From an uncultured Planctomycetota bacterium (GTDB taxonomy: Bacteria > Planctomycetota > Planctomycetia > Isosphaerales > Isosphaeraceae), in the NCBI GenBank assembly GCA_963823665.1, contig CAWGMQ010000010.1:2240001-2304000 (forward strand): 64,000 nucleotides of DNA, in the 5' to 3' direction. The position numbers were made by a program, and so were the translations under genes. The notes under the pieces were generated by a model, which was given only the letters and a program-made list of their open reading frames with translations, was not told where the DNA came from and searched no databases. Shown here piece after piece: positions 12,001-23,739 of the stretch. The first letter of the stretch is position 1. Each line of letters opens with the position of its first letter.

Positions 12001-15000
12001 TCCAGAACGAGACCGTGGTCGTGCTGGCCGAGCTGACCCGGGCGTAGTAAGTACCCCCCTGGCCGGCGGGCACGGTGTAGCTGAGCGTATTGCCCGCCGT
12101 CACGTTGTTGGTCTCGTTCGTGCCGGCGGCATTGTAGATGTTGAGCACGCCCCCCAGCAGGCTGGTGGCCGGCTGAGACAGCGTCAGATTCAACTGGGTA
12201 CCGGCCAGCACGTTGCCCAGACTGAAGAAATCGCCGCTGCCATCATTCTGGCTGATGTAGCCGGCCACCGTCGCCGTCAGGTTCCCCGGCGAGGTGTTGG
12301 TCAGCACCGGGACATTGGGACTGCTGCTGACCGAGTCGTTGTAGTGGCTCACCAGTTGCAGCGTCGGCGGCGCTTCGGTGACCCGGAAGCGATACTCGCC
12401 GGTGTAGCCGGAGTTGGGCGTGACCTCGATCAGGTAGGTGCCCGTGTACGGCAACGTGATCGGGCCCGACTGGCCCTGGCCGTTGTTGTTGCTGGAGTTG
12501 CTGGAAGTGAAGGATGTCAAGATGCTGCCGAAGGAGTTCTCGACATAGTAATTCAGGTAGGTGTTTCCGGCGTTGCCCGGCGTCTCCGACGCCACCTGCA
12601 CCACGTCGCCGGCCTTCCCCGTCCAACTGAAGAAATCGACATCCGAACTGCTGGACATATTGCCCCGGCCGTAGCCCGACTCCAGCCCGGTGGTCGCATC
12701 CACCGGCAGCGCCTTGACCATGTTGGGCACCAGAACCGTGACGCTATTGCCGTTGTAGTTGGCGGTGGCCAGTTCGGTGACGCCGTTGCCGTTGAACACC
12801 CCGGCGGTGATCCCGATGGGGTTGCCCCCCCCGACCGAGATGCTGATTGCCGGCTGCAAGGTACCGTCGCCGTTGCCCAGCAGCATCCCCACCACGTTGT
12901 TGCCGTAGCCAGCCACCGCCAGGTCCTGGTTGCCGTCGTCGTTCAAGTCGGCCGCCACCAAGTGGTAGGGACTGCTGCCGCCGGCCGCGTAGTTCACCGC
13001 CGTCGCAAACGTGCTCGCCGTGAATGCCGCCCCTGGCGTCCCCTGGTTCAAGAGCACGCTCACCGTGCTGTTGCCGTTGTTGGCTGTCGCCAGGTCAACC
13101 TTGCCATCGCTGGTGAGTTGCACGGCCACCACGTCGATCGGGTTGGTGCTGCTGCCGGTCGCGTAAGTGATCTGGGTGCCGAACGTGCCGTTGCCGTTGC
13201 CCGGCAGGATGCTCACCGTATTGCTGCCGTAGTTGGCGGTCGCCACGTCCAGCTTGCCGTCGCCGTTGAAGTCGGCGATGACCAGGTTGCCGGGGTTCGA
13301 GCCCACGGGATAGTTGACGGCGCTGGCGAAGGTGCCATTGCCCTGGTTCAAGAGCACGCTCACGTTGGCGCTGTTCCAGTTGGCCACCGCCAGGTCGTTG
13401 CCGTTCTTGCCGTCCAGGTCGGCAATGGCAACGCCCCGCGGGCTGGAGCCAACCGCGTAAGTGACCGGGGTCTGGAAGGTGCCGTCGCCGTTGCCGAAGA
13501 GCACACTGACGCTATTCGAGCCGTAGTTGGCCACGGCGATATCGGCCTTGCCGTCACCGTTCAAGTCGCCGATGGCAACGGCGATCGGGTTACTGCCGAC
13601 CGCGTAAGTCACCGGGGCCTGGAAGGTGCCGTTGCCGTTGCCCAAAAGCACCGAGATCGTGCCGCTGTTGTAGTTGGCCGTGACCAGGTCAAGCGGCTGG
13701 CCGGCACCGCGCAGGGCCGCCGAGGCGGTGAAGTAGGGCTGGTTGCCCGAAACCGAGTACGAATTCGGCGAGTAGGTCCCGTCCGGCTGGCTGGTGGGTG
13801 TCACCAGCGGCGTCGCCGTCCCGGGGCTGTTGTTATTACGGCTCTCCAGGGTGTAGGGCGCGACGCCGGTTACGTTGAACGAGAGGGTGTAGGGCACCAG
13901 CAGGTTGCTGGTCCGGTCGGTCAGCCCGGAGATGGTGAGCGTGTAGCTGCCCGGCTGGAGCGGGCCGTCGCTGATCAAGTAACCGGCCGAGGTGCCGCTC
14001 GAGTAGCCCGGGCTGGTCATATGGTAGACGTTGCCCTGGCTGTCTTGCAGCAGGTAGTCGGCCATGTTGTTGACCGTTGCCGCGTTCAGATCCTCGGAGA
14101 AATTGAGCGTGAAGCGGTCGATCACCGCTGATGAAGTTGAGCCCTGTCCGGGCAGCGTGTCGCCGGTGATCTGCGGCGACGTCGTGTTGGCGACATCGAT
14201 CGAGAGCACGTACTGGCCCAGCAGTCCGGTCGATTCGGGGACCACGGCCGAGATCGAGCCGCCGCTGAACTGGTAGGCCGTGTTGCTGTCGTTGCCCAGC
14301 GCACCAGACACGCCCAGGGTGATGCTGCCGCCGAATCCGGCGTTGTCGAAGTTGCCCGAGCTGTCGTAGGCCACCGTGCCGTTGCTCTCGCCCAGACGGT
14401 AATAGGCCACCGGGTTCTGGCTCAGGATCACCGAGCTGTAGCTGCCGCTGTTGCGGGCAGCGTACTGGGCCTGGATCTGCGCGGCCGTCAATGTCCCGTC
14501 GAAGTAGGCCACCTCGTCGAGCACGCCGGTGAAGGCGTAACTCCCGCCGACGTAGTTGCCGATGGCGGTGCTGGTGGCGACCAGCGGCGCACCGACGGTT
14601 GTACCCACACGTTGGGTCAGGGTCTGCTGCACGCCGTCGATCCAGAGCTGATCGTTGGTGACGACGCCATCGACAAAGACCGCCGTGACCAGATGCCAAC
14701 TGTTGGCCAGCCCGGCGCTGCTGATGCCGTAAACGTAGCTCTCGTTGGTGTCGAAGCCAAACGAGCCGCTGTTGAGGAACAGGTTGTAGTTGTTGCTGAA
14801 GCTGATCGGCATCTCGCTGTTGGTGCCGTTCCAGTTCATCCAGAACGAGACCGTGGTCGTGCTGGCCGAGCTGACCCGGGCGTAGTAAGTACCCCCCTGG
14901 CCGGCGGGCACGGTGTAGCTGAGCGTATTGCCCGCCGTCACGTTGTTGGTCTCGTTCGTGCCGGCGGCATTGTAGATGTTGAGCACGCCCCCCAGCAGGC

Positions 15001-18000
15001 TGGTGGCCGGCTGAGACAGCGTCAGATTCAACTGGGTACCGGCCAGCACGTTGCCCAGACTGAAGAAATCGCCGCTGCCATCATTCTGGCTGATGTAGCC
15101 GGCCACCGTCGCCGTCAGGTTCCCCGGCGAGGTGTTGGTCAGCACCGGGACATTGGGACTGCTGCTGACCGAGTCGTTGTAGTGGCTCACCAGTTGCAGC
15201 GTCGGCGGCGCTTCGGTGACCCGGAAGCGATACTCGCCGGTGTAGCCGGAGTTGGGCGTGACCTCGATCAGGTAGGTGCCCGTGTACGGCAACGTGATCG
15301 GGCCCGACTGGCCCTGGCCGTTGTTGTTGCTGGAGTTGCTGGAAGTGAAGGATGTCAAGATGCTGCCGAAGGAGTTCTCGACATAGTAATTCAGGTAGGT
15401 GTTTCCGGCGTTGCCCGGCGTCTCCGACGCCACCTGCACCACGTCGCCGGCCTTCCCCGTCCAACTGAAGAAATCGACATCCGAACTGCTGGACATATTG
15501 CCCCGGCCGTAGCCCGACTCCAGCCCGGTGGTCGCATCCACCGGCAGCGCCTTGACCATGTTGGGCACCAGAACCGTGACGCTATTGCCGTTGTAGTTGG
15601 CGGTGGCCAGTTCGGTGACGCCGTTGCCGTTGAACACCCCGGCGGTGATCCCGATGGGGTTGCCCCCCCCGACCGAGATGCTGATTGCCGGCTGCAAGGT
15701 ACCGTTGCCGTTGCCCAGCAGCATCCCCACCACGTTGTTGCCGTAGCCAGCCACCGCCAGGTCCTGGTTGCCGTCGTCGTTCAAGTCGGCCGCCACCAAG
15801 TGGTAGGGACTGCTGCCGCCGGCCGCGTAGTTCACCGCCGTCGCAAACGTGCTCGCCGTGAATGCCGCCCCTGGCGTCCCCTGGTTCAAGAGCACGCTCA
15901 CCGTGCTGTTGCCGTTGTTGGCTGTCGCCAGGTCAACCTTGCCATCGCTGGTGAGTTGCACGGCCACCACGTCGATCGGGTTGGTGCTGCTGCCGGTCGC
16001 GTAAGTGATCTGGGTGCCGAACGTGCCGTTGCCGTTGCCCGGCAGGATGCTCACCGTATTGCTGCCGTAGTTGGCGGTCGCCACGTCCAGCTTGCCGTCG
16101 CCGTTGAAGTCGGCGATGACCAGGTTGCCGGGGTTCGAGCCCACGGGATAGTTGACGGCGCTGGCGAAGGTGCCATTGCCCTGGTTCAAGAGCACGCTCA
16201 CGTTGGCGCTGTTCCAGTTGGCCACCGCCAGGTCGTTGCCGTTCTTGCCGTCCAGGTCGGCAATGGCAACGCCCCGCGGGCTGGAGCCAACCGCGTAAGT
16301 GACCGGGGTCTGGAAGGTGCCGTCGCCGTTGCCGAAGAGCACACTGACGCTATTCGAGCCGTAGTTGGCCACGGCGATATCGGCCTTGCCGTCACCGTTC
16401 AAGTCGCCGATGGCAACGGCGATCGGGTTACTGCCGACCGCGTAAGTCACCGGGGCCTGGAAGGTGCCGTTGCCGTTGCCCAAAAGCACCGAGATCGTGC
16501 CGCTGTTGTAGTTGGCCGTGACCAGGTCAAGCGGCTGGCCGGCACCGCGCAGGGCCGCCGAGGCGGTGAAGTAGGGCTGGTTGCCCGAAACCGAGTACGA
16601 ATTCGGCGAGTAGGTCCCGTCCGGCTGGCTGGTGGGTGTCACCAGCGGCGTCGCCGTCCCGGGGCTGTTGTCGTTTTCTTTCTCGGTTACAAACCCTGGC
16701 ACCTGCGCGATCCCGAACTGGAGTTGAAACGGCGTCAACGCGTTCTGGGCCCTGTCGGTGATTCCCGAGCCCACGTTGAGGGTATAGCTTCCGGGCAGCA
16801 GAGGGCCGGTAGTGATCGTCAAGGTTTCGGACAGACCGCCGTTATAGCTGCCGGGGACCAGCGCGTAGCTGTTGCCGTTACTGTCTGTGAGCGAAAAGTT
16901 TGCCGAACTTGTGACGGTGGCGGGGACCAGGTTCTTGGAAAAACTCACTGTGATCTGGTTCAAAAGCGCGTTGGTCGTCTCGCCCGGGGCCGGCAGCCCG
17001 GTCGAAGTGACGGTCGGCGGAACACCATCGATCACGCTGGCATCGAGCAGGTACTGGGCGCGGATGCCCTGATTGCCTGCCGAAGTCTGCACGATCACGT
17101 AGTAGGCGCCGTTGCCGCCGCTGGGGACGGTGTAGCTCAGATTTCCCGTGTTGCTCGTGAACGCGGGTGCGCTGCTACCGGCCAGCTCGACGCTCAGCTC
17201 GACGGCGGCCGGCGAGGCCGAGCCCGTAGACAACGAGCTGATCGCAGGCGCGCTCGTGGTCAGCGATATGGTATTGCCGGCCACGAGAGTCTCCAGCCCG
17301 TAGTAATCCCCATTATCACCGACCGGCAGGGCGCCCGCGACGACTCCGCCGAAGCTGCCCTGGACCGGAGAGGTCACGTTCAGCAATGTACTGTTCGACT
17401 GACTGCCACCCGGCGTGGCATCGAGCTGCGGCCCCACGCTCGCTTCAGATTGATCGACCCGCAACTGGTACGAGGCGGTGTTGTTGTTGCTGAAGACATC
17501 GACGAAATAGGTGCCGGACGTCGGAATCGTGACGTTATCCAGCTCTGCATTGCCGACGGAGCTGTTTCCACCCGTGCTGGCAATCACGGTGCCGGATACG
17601 TTCTCGAGGTACAAATAGGGGTCTACGCCATTATTGGGGTTCCTGGCTTCGAGGCGGATCGTGACGTGATCGCCGGCGTTGGCATTCAGATACCAGTAGT
17701 TTGGGTCGTTGGTGCTGGCGAAGGTGCCGACGCCAAGTGCCGTAAAGAATCCGGTGCTGACCTCGGTCATGGGCAAGGGAGTGGCGCCGGGGACGAACCC
17801 TATCTGGTGGGTGGTCAATGCGATCTGTCCGTCTGGTGGGTTGCTAATCGTGAACGCCAGCGCGAAGGGGGTCACCTCGTTGCCGTTTGAGTCGATGAGC
17901 CCGGAGAGGCTGTTGAACGAGTACGTGCCGGGCTGGAGCGGCTCCGGGGTCATGGTGAAATTCACGGTCGTCGAGCCGGCAGTGTACGACGAAGCGAGCA

Positions 18001-18998
18001 CGTAAGTGGGATCGCCGCTGCTGCCCGTGAGGCTATAGTTGCTTGCCGCTCCGGCGGACGCCGCATTGAGCGGCTGGTTGAACGCCACCGCGAAATGGTC
18101 GATGGCGGTTTCGGTGTTGGCCGTGCCGGTCGAGACGACGCCGTCGAGGGGGGCGTTGCTGGTCACCCAGGCCGGCGGCGCCGGCGGCGGTTCCCCCTCC
18201 AAGACTCGCGTTGTGATTCCCGCCCGACGAATCGGCGGCCGTCAGGCCGGTCCCATCGTCGAGCTGGTAGTCGGCCACCAATCCGGTCTGGGGCGTTGCG
18301 GGCGGTTCTACCATGTCCGCCTGAATTTCAGCGTTCGAGCGGGCGACGTTCCAGATGCTTACGTCGTCAATCGAGCCGCTTAGCCAGGCGCCATTCCCCA
18401 GGTTTGTGCCGTCGGTAGAGCCAAGGGCGTAGTACTGCCCGTAACTGTTGTTGAATGGAGCCGAGCGATTGCCTGAGACCGTCGTCGAGCTGGGGACCCC
18501 GTTGAGGATGCCGTCCAGGGTCGACGTGGTGCTGTTGTAGCGCAGGGCCACGAAGTTCCAGTCGCCAAAGCTGGCCGTTCCTAGCGACACTGCGTTGAGG
18601 CCCTCGACCCGCGCCTCGACCTGGCCGGAGCTCAAGATCTCGATCTGGCTATCGTGCCAGGCCGTGTTGAGCGAGGTCTGACCCAGCTCATCCAGGATGA
18701 CACCCGGAGCATTGGCCTTGAACCATAGCTCCACCGTCACCGATGTCGTGGGAAACGAGCTTGCGAGGTTCGGCGTGATGAGGTAATCGCTCGTCCCGTT
18801 GAACGACAGAGCCGAGCCTGCGGTGCTTACCACGGTCGGCAGCGACGTGCTTATCACGGCTGTGTTGGCCAGCACGATGCGATTCTCGAGAGCTTCGAGA
18901 AAAACGCGATTCAGGTGGCCGCCCCGTTTCGTCGAGCGCGTCCGGCGTTTCTGGCTGGACCTTTTTTGCAGCCATTTCCAGATGCTAGCGGTGGCCAT
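1..18998 (-). CDS. Giant planctomycete extracellular/surface protein (LamG, Ig-like, PPC, FG-GAP, CARDB repeats); 3'-partial, two apparent frameshifts
   Basis: ATG at 18998 gives a basic N-terminus with the planctomycete motif FLEALENRIVLA. The frame shifts at ~18180 into the 5194-aa ORF, and again at ~2648 (CAG GTT C TCA TCG) into a frame that I translated as continuing CARDB-like repeats (DLxV..W/YTVTNxG..WxD.vYLS) to position 1. Confidence 0.9.
4597..6205 (-). repeat. Four 402-bp (134-aa) CARDB-like tandem repeats, moderately diverged
   Basis: The anchor ttgccg(t/c)tgc recurs at 4653, 5055, 5457 and 5859. The protein motif E(Y/F)D(S/G)(N/S)GNPAYGNNS(A/S)SIT occurs four times. Confidence 0.9.
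8508..16671 (-). repeat. In-frame tandem repeat, 2838-bp unit (946 aa), about 2.9 near-identical copies
   Basis: Identical shadow ORFs recur at a 2838-bp offset (9405/12243/15081; 10522/13360/16198), and the protein sequence is repeated almost verbatim. Confidence 0.97.
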
Positions 18999-19390
18999 GG
19001 AAGATCCCTTCGCCAAGTTGAGTTCAACAATGAAGAGGGATAGCTGACATACGGCAAGACTCATGAACGGGTGCGTCGCAAAGCGAGAACAGGATCAATT
19101 CCAGTGCGCGCACGTGCTTCGCGGCAGCGCACACGATCTCGATATCGCGCGGTCGCACTCACTCCGCAGCCGTCTCAAATCAGGCATCGATCTCTTTGAA
19201 ACGCCAATCCTCGGCCCGGCGCGATGAGAGCCCTTCACTGCCGCTATCCGACTTAGCATCCAGACAAGTGTAAAACAGGAACGCGCATGATCAGAATTGT
19301 TTGGGAATCTCCCGAACATGCTTGTAAGATGCAAAGTTATGTCGAGAAAAAATCTCGCTGGAAACGGAGCACAGGACGGCGGGAGGCGAT

Positions 19391-20005
19391 ATGTCTTCGC
19401 TGATTGGCGACACCACGCGGCTACGAGGGTGGGCCGATCGTCTGCGAAACCGAGACGACTCGGCCCTGAATGAATTACTGATACACTTTGAGCAACAATT
19501 GACTCGGTTGACGCGCCGCATGCTAAAAGATTTCCCGGACGTTCGCTGTGTGGAACAAACCGGTGACGTGCTGCAGAAGGCGACGGTGAGACTCCTGATT
19601 GCCATCCGGAAGGTCTCGGTGCCGGAGAATCCGCGCCACTTCTTGCGTTTAGCGGCGTTGCAAATTCGACGAGAGCTGATCGAGCTTGCAAAGTATTATG
19701 GGAATCGGGCGGATGTCGGCTTGGGCTCGGCCGCTGGTTCGTGGTCCGGAAGCGGTGCCAGCCAGGTTAAGTTTGACGACACCGACGGCCCCAGCCAACT
19801 CGCGGAGTGGACCGAGTTTCACGAGAAGGTCAAACTACTTCCCGACGAGGAGCGTGAGGTCTTCGAGCTTGTCTACTACGGAGGATTTTCGCAGTCGGTT
19901 ACGGCCGAGATCATAGGCGTTCACCCGCGTACCGTCCGGAAGCGCTGGCACGGCGCCCAGCTCGATCTTTTTGAAGCTCTCGATGGTCACCTGCCGGGAT
20001 CTTGA
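19391..20005 (+). CDS. ECF-type RNA polymerase sigma-70 factor
   Basis: Sigma2-like segment (DVLQKATVRL..FLRLAALQIRRELIEL) and sigma4 HTH (LPDEEREVFELVYYGGFSQSVTAEIIGVHPRTVRKRW); GGAGG RBS upstream. Confidence 0.92.
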   Translation: MSSLIGDTTRLRGWADRLRNRDDSALNELLIHFEQQLTRLTRRMLKDFPDVRCVEQTGDVLQKATVRLLIAIRKVSVPENPRHFLRLAALQIRRELIELAKYYGNRADVGLGSAAGSWSGSGASQVKFDDTDGPSQLAEWTEFHEKVKLLPDEEREVFELVYYGGFSQSVTAEIIGVHPRTVRKRWHGAQLDLFEALDGHLPGS

Positions 20006-20022
20006 ATCGGGAGGTCGATTCG

Positions 20023-23000
20023 ATGGGTCACGACACAACCGAGTGCGAGTTGCAGGAACTGCTCTTACAGTGGGATGAGCTGCACGAGCGCGGAATCGCA
20101 GTTACCGCCGAAGAACTGTGCGAACGCCGACCTGAGCTTGCCGATCAGCTTACCACGAGAATCCGCATCCTGAAGGAGATGGGATTTCTCATGGACGGGG
20201 ATCAATCCCACGTTTCCGATCAAGAATCGGGCGCAGCACATGGCTCTGCCAGCTCGACGTTGCGGTTCATAGACCTCCGGTTTCACGCCCGCGGAGGCCT
20301 CGGCGAGGTTTATCGAGCTCACAACGTCGACTTCGGGCGTGCCGTCGCGCTCAAGTTCCTATCGAAAAAGCATGGCGAAGCGCAGCGCAACCGCCGTCGG
20401 TTCATGTGGGAGGCCGCAATCACCGCGCGACTGGAACATCCTGGTATTGTCCCGATCTATGCGCTGGGAACCGACGAGGAGGGAAACCTTTGCTACGCCA
20501 TGCGATTCATCGAAGGACGCACATTGAAAGAGGTCGTCGACGAGTTGTGCGAACAAGCTGGCATCCGATCCAATACACGGGGATGGGTCCGGAATCAGCG
20601 GGCGCTCTTGAATCGGTTCAAATCTGCCTGCAGCACGGTCGCGTTCGCCCACAGCCGGCAGATCCTCCATTGCGACTTGAAGCCTGGAAACATCATGCTC
20701 GGAGACTTTGATGAAACCCTGGTCGTCGACTGGGGTTCGGCGCGGACGATGAAAGGAGATTCGCCGCCGGAGCCCCTGGTTGCAGGTAACGGCACTTTTC
20801 GTTCGGATCAAGCACTATCGGAGACGGGGGCAGGGTCAGGGACCCTCGGGTTCATGAGCCCTGAGTATCAGAGTGGCCGTTGGCAGGAGGTCGGGCCGAC
20901 GAGCGATGTCTACAGCCTCGGTGCGACATTCTATTATCTGTTGACGGGACACGCTCCGTTCGAGGGAGGGAGCTGGACCGAGGTGCAGCAGCGGATGGAT
21001 CAAGGGCTGTTCGCGCCGCCACGGCAAGTGAATCCTTCGATCCCTAAGTCGCTCGACGCGGTCTGCCTCAAGGCGCTTGCGCCGAAGCCAGGCGACCGAT
21101 ACACTTCCCCCGCGCACCTGGCCGAAGACATCGAGCGCTCATTGGCCGATGAGCCGGTTTCCGCGTGGCGCGAGCCGTGGTGGACTCGGGCGCGTCGCCT
21201 GCTGGACAGACATCGCACGAAGGCTGCTGTTACGTTCACAGCGATATTAGTCGGGCTCGCGGCCCTCTCTGTGATTGCCATTCTCGAAGGCCAGTCCAAC
21301 CATCGCCTCGCGGCGAAGAATGAAGCGTTCCGGATCGCTAACATGCGAGCCGAAAGGCGGGTCAATCTCGCAACCGAAGCCATCGAGAGCTTCAGCAAGG
21401 TGGTTCTCGGAAAACCCTGAGCTGACCGATCAGCCTGCGATGAGATCTCTGCGCAAACGACTTCTAAAGGTTCCGCTCGATTACTACCGGCAGCTCAAGG
21501 CGGACGTCGACGAAACGGAAGCAGCGAGTCCGGAGAGTCGGGCTGGGCTTGCGAAAGCAATCGCTGGCCTCGCCTGGATCACTGCAAGCCTGGACTCGCA
21601 GGCCAACGCTATCAAGTCGTACCAGCAGGCGGTTGATTTATTGGATCCGCTGGTGCGCAATGACCCCGAACGACAGGTACTCCTCGGGAGGGTGCTTGAC
21701 GAGCTCGGCATGCTCCAACGCGCTGCGGGTTCAGTTGACGCCGCGCGGGCCAGCCTGAGCCGGGCCCGAGAGATCCAGGAGCGGCTGACGCGAGATCACC
21801 CGACCTCTGCTGCCTACCAATTTGATCTGGCCCGGACGCTCGATCGCCTCGGGTTGCTGCTCTTTACCAACGAGCCGAACGAGTCGCTCGACTGCTTCAA
21901 GCAAGCCCTCGGAATCCAGCGACGTCTCATCGGCAGCGATGCTCACTCTGCCACTGCCGGTGCCAGAGCCGACATGGCCCTTACCCATAATCACATCGGC
22001 ATGCTCAAGCGCGCGACCGGTCATCAGGACGAAGCCGGGGATAGCTTCAAGCAGGCGATTGAAATACTCCAGGCCGTGGCGAGGGAAAACCCCGGCGAAC
22101 CGATGTACCGGATGAACCTGGCCGCCTCGCATTACAACCTTGGGAGGCAGGGCATGGATCTGGCCTGCTTCGAACGTGCACGAGAAATTCAGGACGCGCT
22201 GAGTGCGCGAACATCCTGCGGTCGTGTCCTACAGAGCGTCTTTGGTACTGACGTGTGGGAACCTCGGTAACGTCCAGCGAAACGCGGGCCGACTCGGTGA
22301 AGCGCAGGCGAGCTTTGATCGGGTATACAAAATCCAGAAGGAACTCGTCGCTGAAAATCCAGATGTGCTCAGATTCCGGCGTGATTTGGCCTTTACAGAG
22401 ATCAATATTGGTGCGCTCAAGGGCGATTTCCGTCGTCCGGCTGAGGCCCTGAATTGTTACAAGAGAGCCCGCGCTATTCTTGAGGATCTCATTCGCCTGC
22501 ATGCGGACGACGTGGTTGGACGACAAGCTCTGGTCGCCGCTTGTGTCGGTCACGGCGACTCGCTCACGCAGCTTAAGAGAGACCAAGAGGCCCTGGACGC
22601 TTTCCGAGAGGCCAGGGCTCAAGCGCGAACTTTGCTCATCGGGCCGCCCCGTCTTGTCACCGAGCGAGCGTTGCTTGTTTCTTCGTTTCATAAACTTGCG
22701 AGAGCGCATCGAGAGCAGAGGCAACAGGAGAAGTCGGCTTCCATCATCGAAGAGCTGCGCACATTCTGCAAAGGCAACCCTGGCGAGTTGTACGAGATCG
22801 CCCGGGAGCTGGCGAGGTGCGCGACACTCGTCGATGCTGGTGACGTCGCCAACGCAGTCAGGCAGGCAACGCGCCGAAACTACGAGGACCAGTCGGTGGA
22901 TGCGTTGCGGCAAGCGATCCAGAGCGGCTTCGATGAGGCCAAAACAATCAGGACGGATCCTGATCTCGCCTCGCTGCGAGCACGATCGGATTTTAGAGCA

Positions 23001-23045
23001 CTGGTAATGGATCTATCGTTTCCCCGCGATCCGTTCGCGCGATGA
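20023..23045 (+). CDS. Hanks-type Ser/Thr protein kinase with hydrophobic segment and C-terminal TPR repeats (frameshifts ~21404, ~22202)
   Basis: Motifs ARGGLGEV, VALK, HCDLKPGN, DWG, GTLGFMSPE, SDVYSLG. TPR-like helices and the C-terminal DPDLASLRARSDF motif are spread over three frames joined by single extra bases. Confidence 0.9.
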
Positions 23046-23099
23046 CTGGATCGGACAGGAATTTCGTCGCACGACGGATCAATTTGATTCGACGCTCTT

Positions 23100-23739
23100 C
23101 GGCGACGACCTCCGTGAGTCGGTCGTGCAAGGCTTGGCCCGCTCTGGCCGGCTCAAGGATTTCCGCTACCTGCAATTTGCAACGCATGGCCGGGACGACC
23201 CCCGATCCGGTTACCGCGCGTCGTTGAACCTTGCCCCCGACCCCGAGCACTCTGACAACGCCGCCGCGTTCGACTCCGACGGCTAAAGCACCGCCGAGGA
23301 GATTGCCCGCACATGGGAACTCGACGCCGAGCTGGTAGTGCTCTCGGCCTGCGAGAGCGCCCTGGGCAAGCAGGCTGGTGGCGAGGGATTCCACGGCTTC
23401 GCCCCGCCACTCCTGGCCAAGGGGGCGCGGAGCTTGGTCCCGAGCCGATGGAAGGTGGACGACCGGGCCACGGCCTTGCTGATGGCAAGGTTCTATCAGA
23501 ATTCGTTGGGCAAGCGCGAGGACTTGTCGAAGCCGACGCCCAAGGCCGAGGCACTCGATGAGGCAAAGCGGAAGTTGCAGGAGCTGTCGGCGGATGAGGT
23601 ACAGGGCGAACTGGCCGGGCTGGACCGCGGCACTGAGCGCCGCAAAGACCCGGCCACGCCGCGCACGCCTGACTCACCCCGGCCCTTCGAGCACCCCTGC
23701 TACTGTGCCGCATTTATTCTCATTGGCAACGCCAACTGA
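23100..23739 (+). pseudogene. Degenerate C-terminal fragment of a CHAT (caspase-like) domain protein
   Basis: Motifs RYLQFATHG, LVVLSACESALG, GARSLVPSRWKVDD and HPCYCAAFILIG, with an in-frame TAA at ~23284 and no N-terminal part. Confidence 0.8.

Noticed and set aside
8508..16671. Diversity-generating retroelement TR/VR pair or IS duplication
   Set aside because: No reverse transcriptase or transposase in the window; differences are few and not adenine-specific; the unit is a full 946-aa module.
733..17890. Long plus-strand ORFs (e.g. 8345-11293, 11774-14131, 14612-17890)
   Set aside because: Antisense shadows of the high-GC giant gene; V/G/R/A-rich with no recognisable motifs.
18033..19064. 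Separate 343-aa LamG gene
   Set aside because: The domain continues across a one-base shift at ~18180, so it is treated as the N-terminus of the giant gene.
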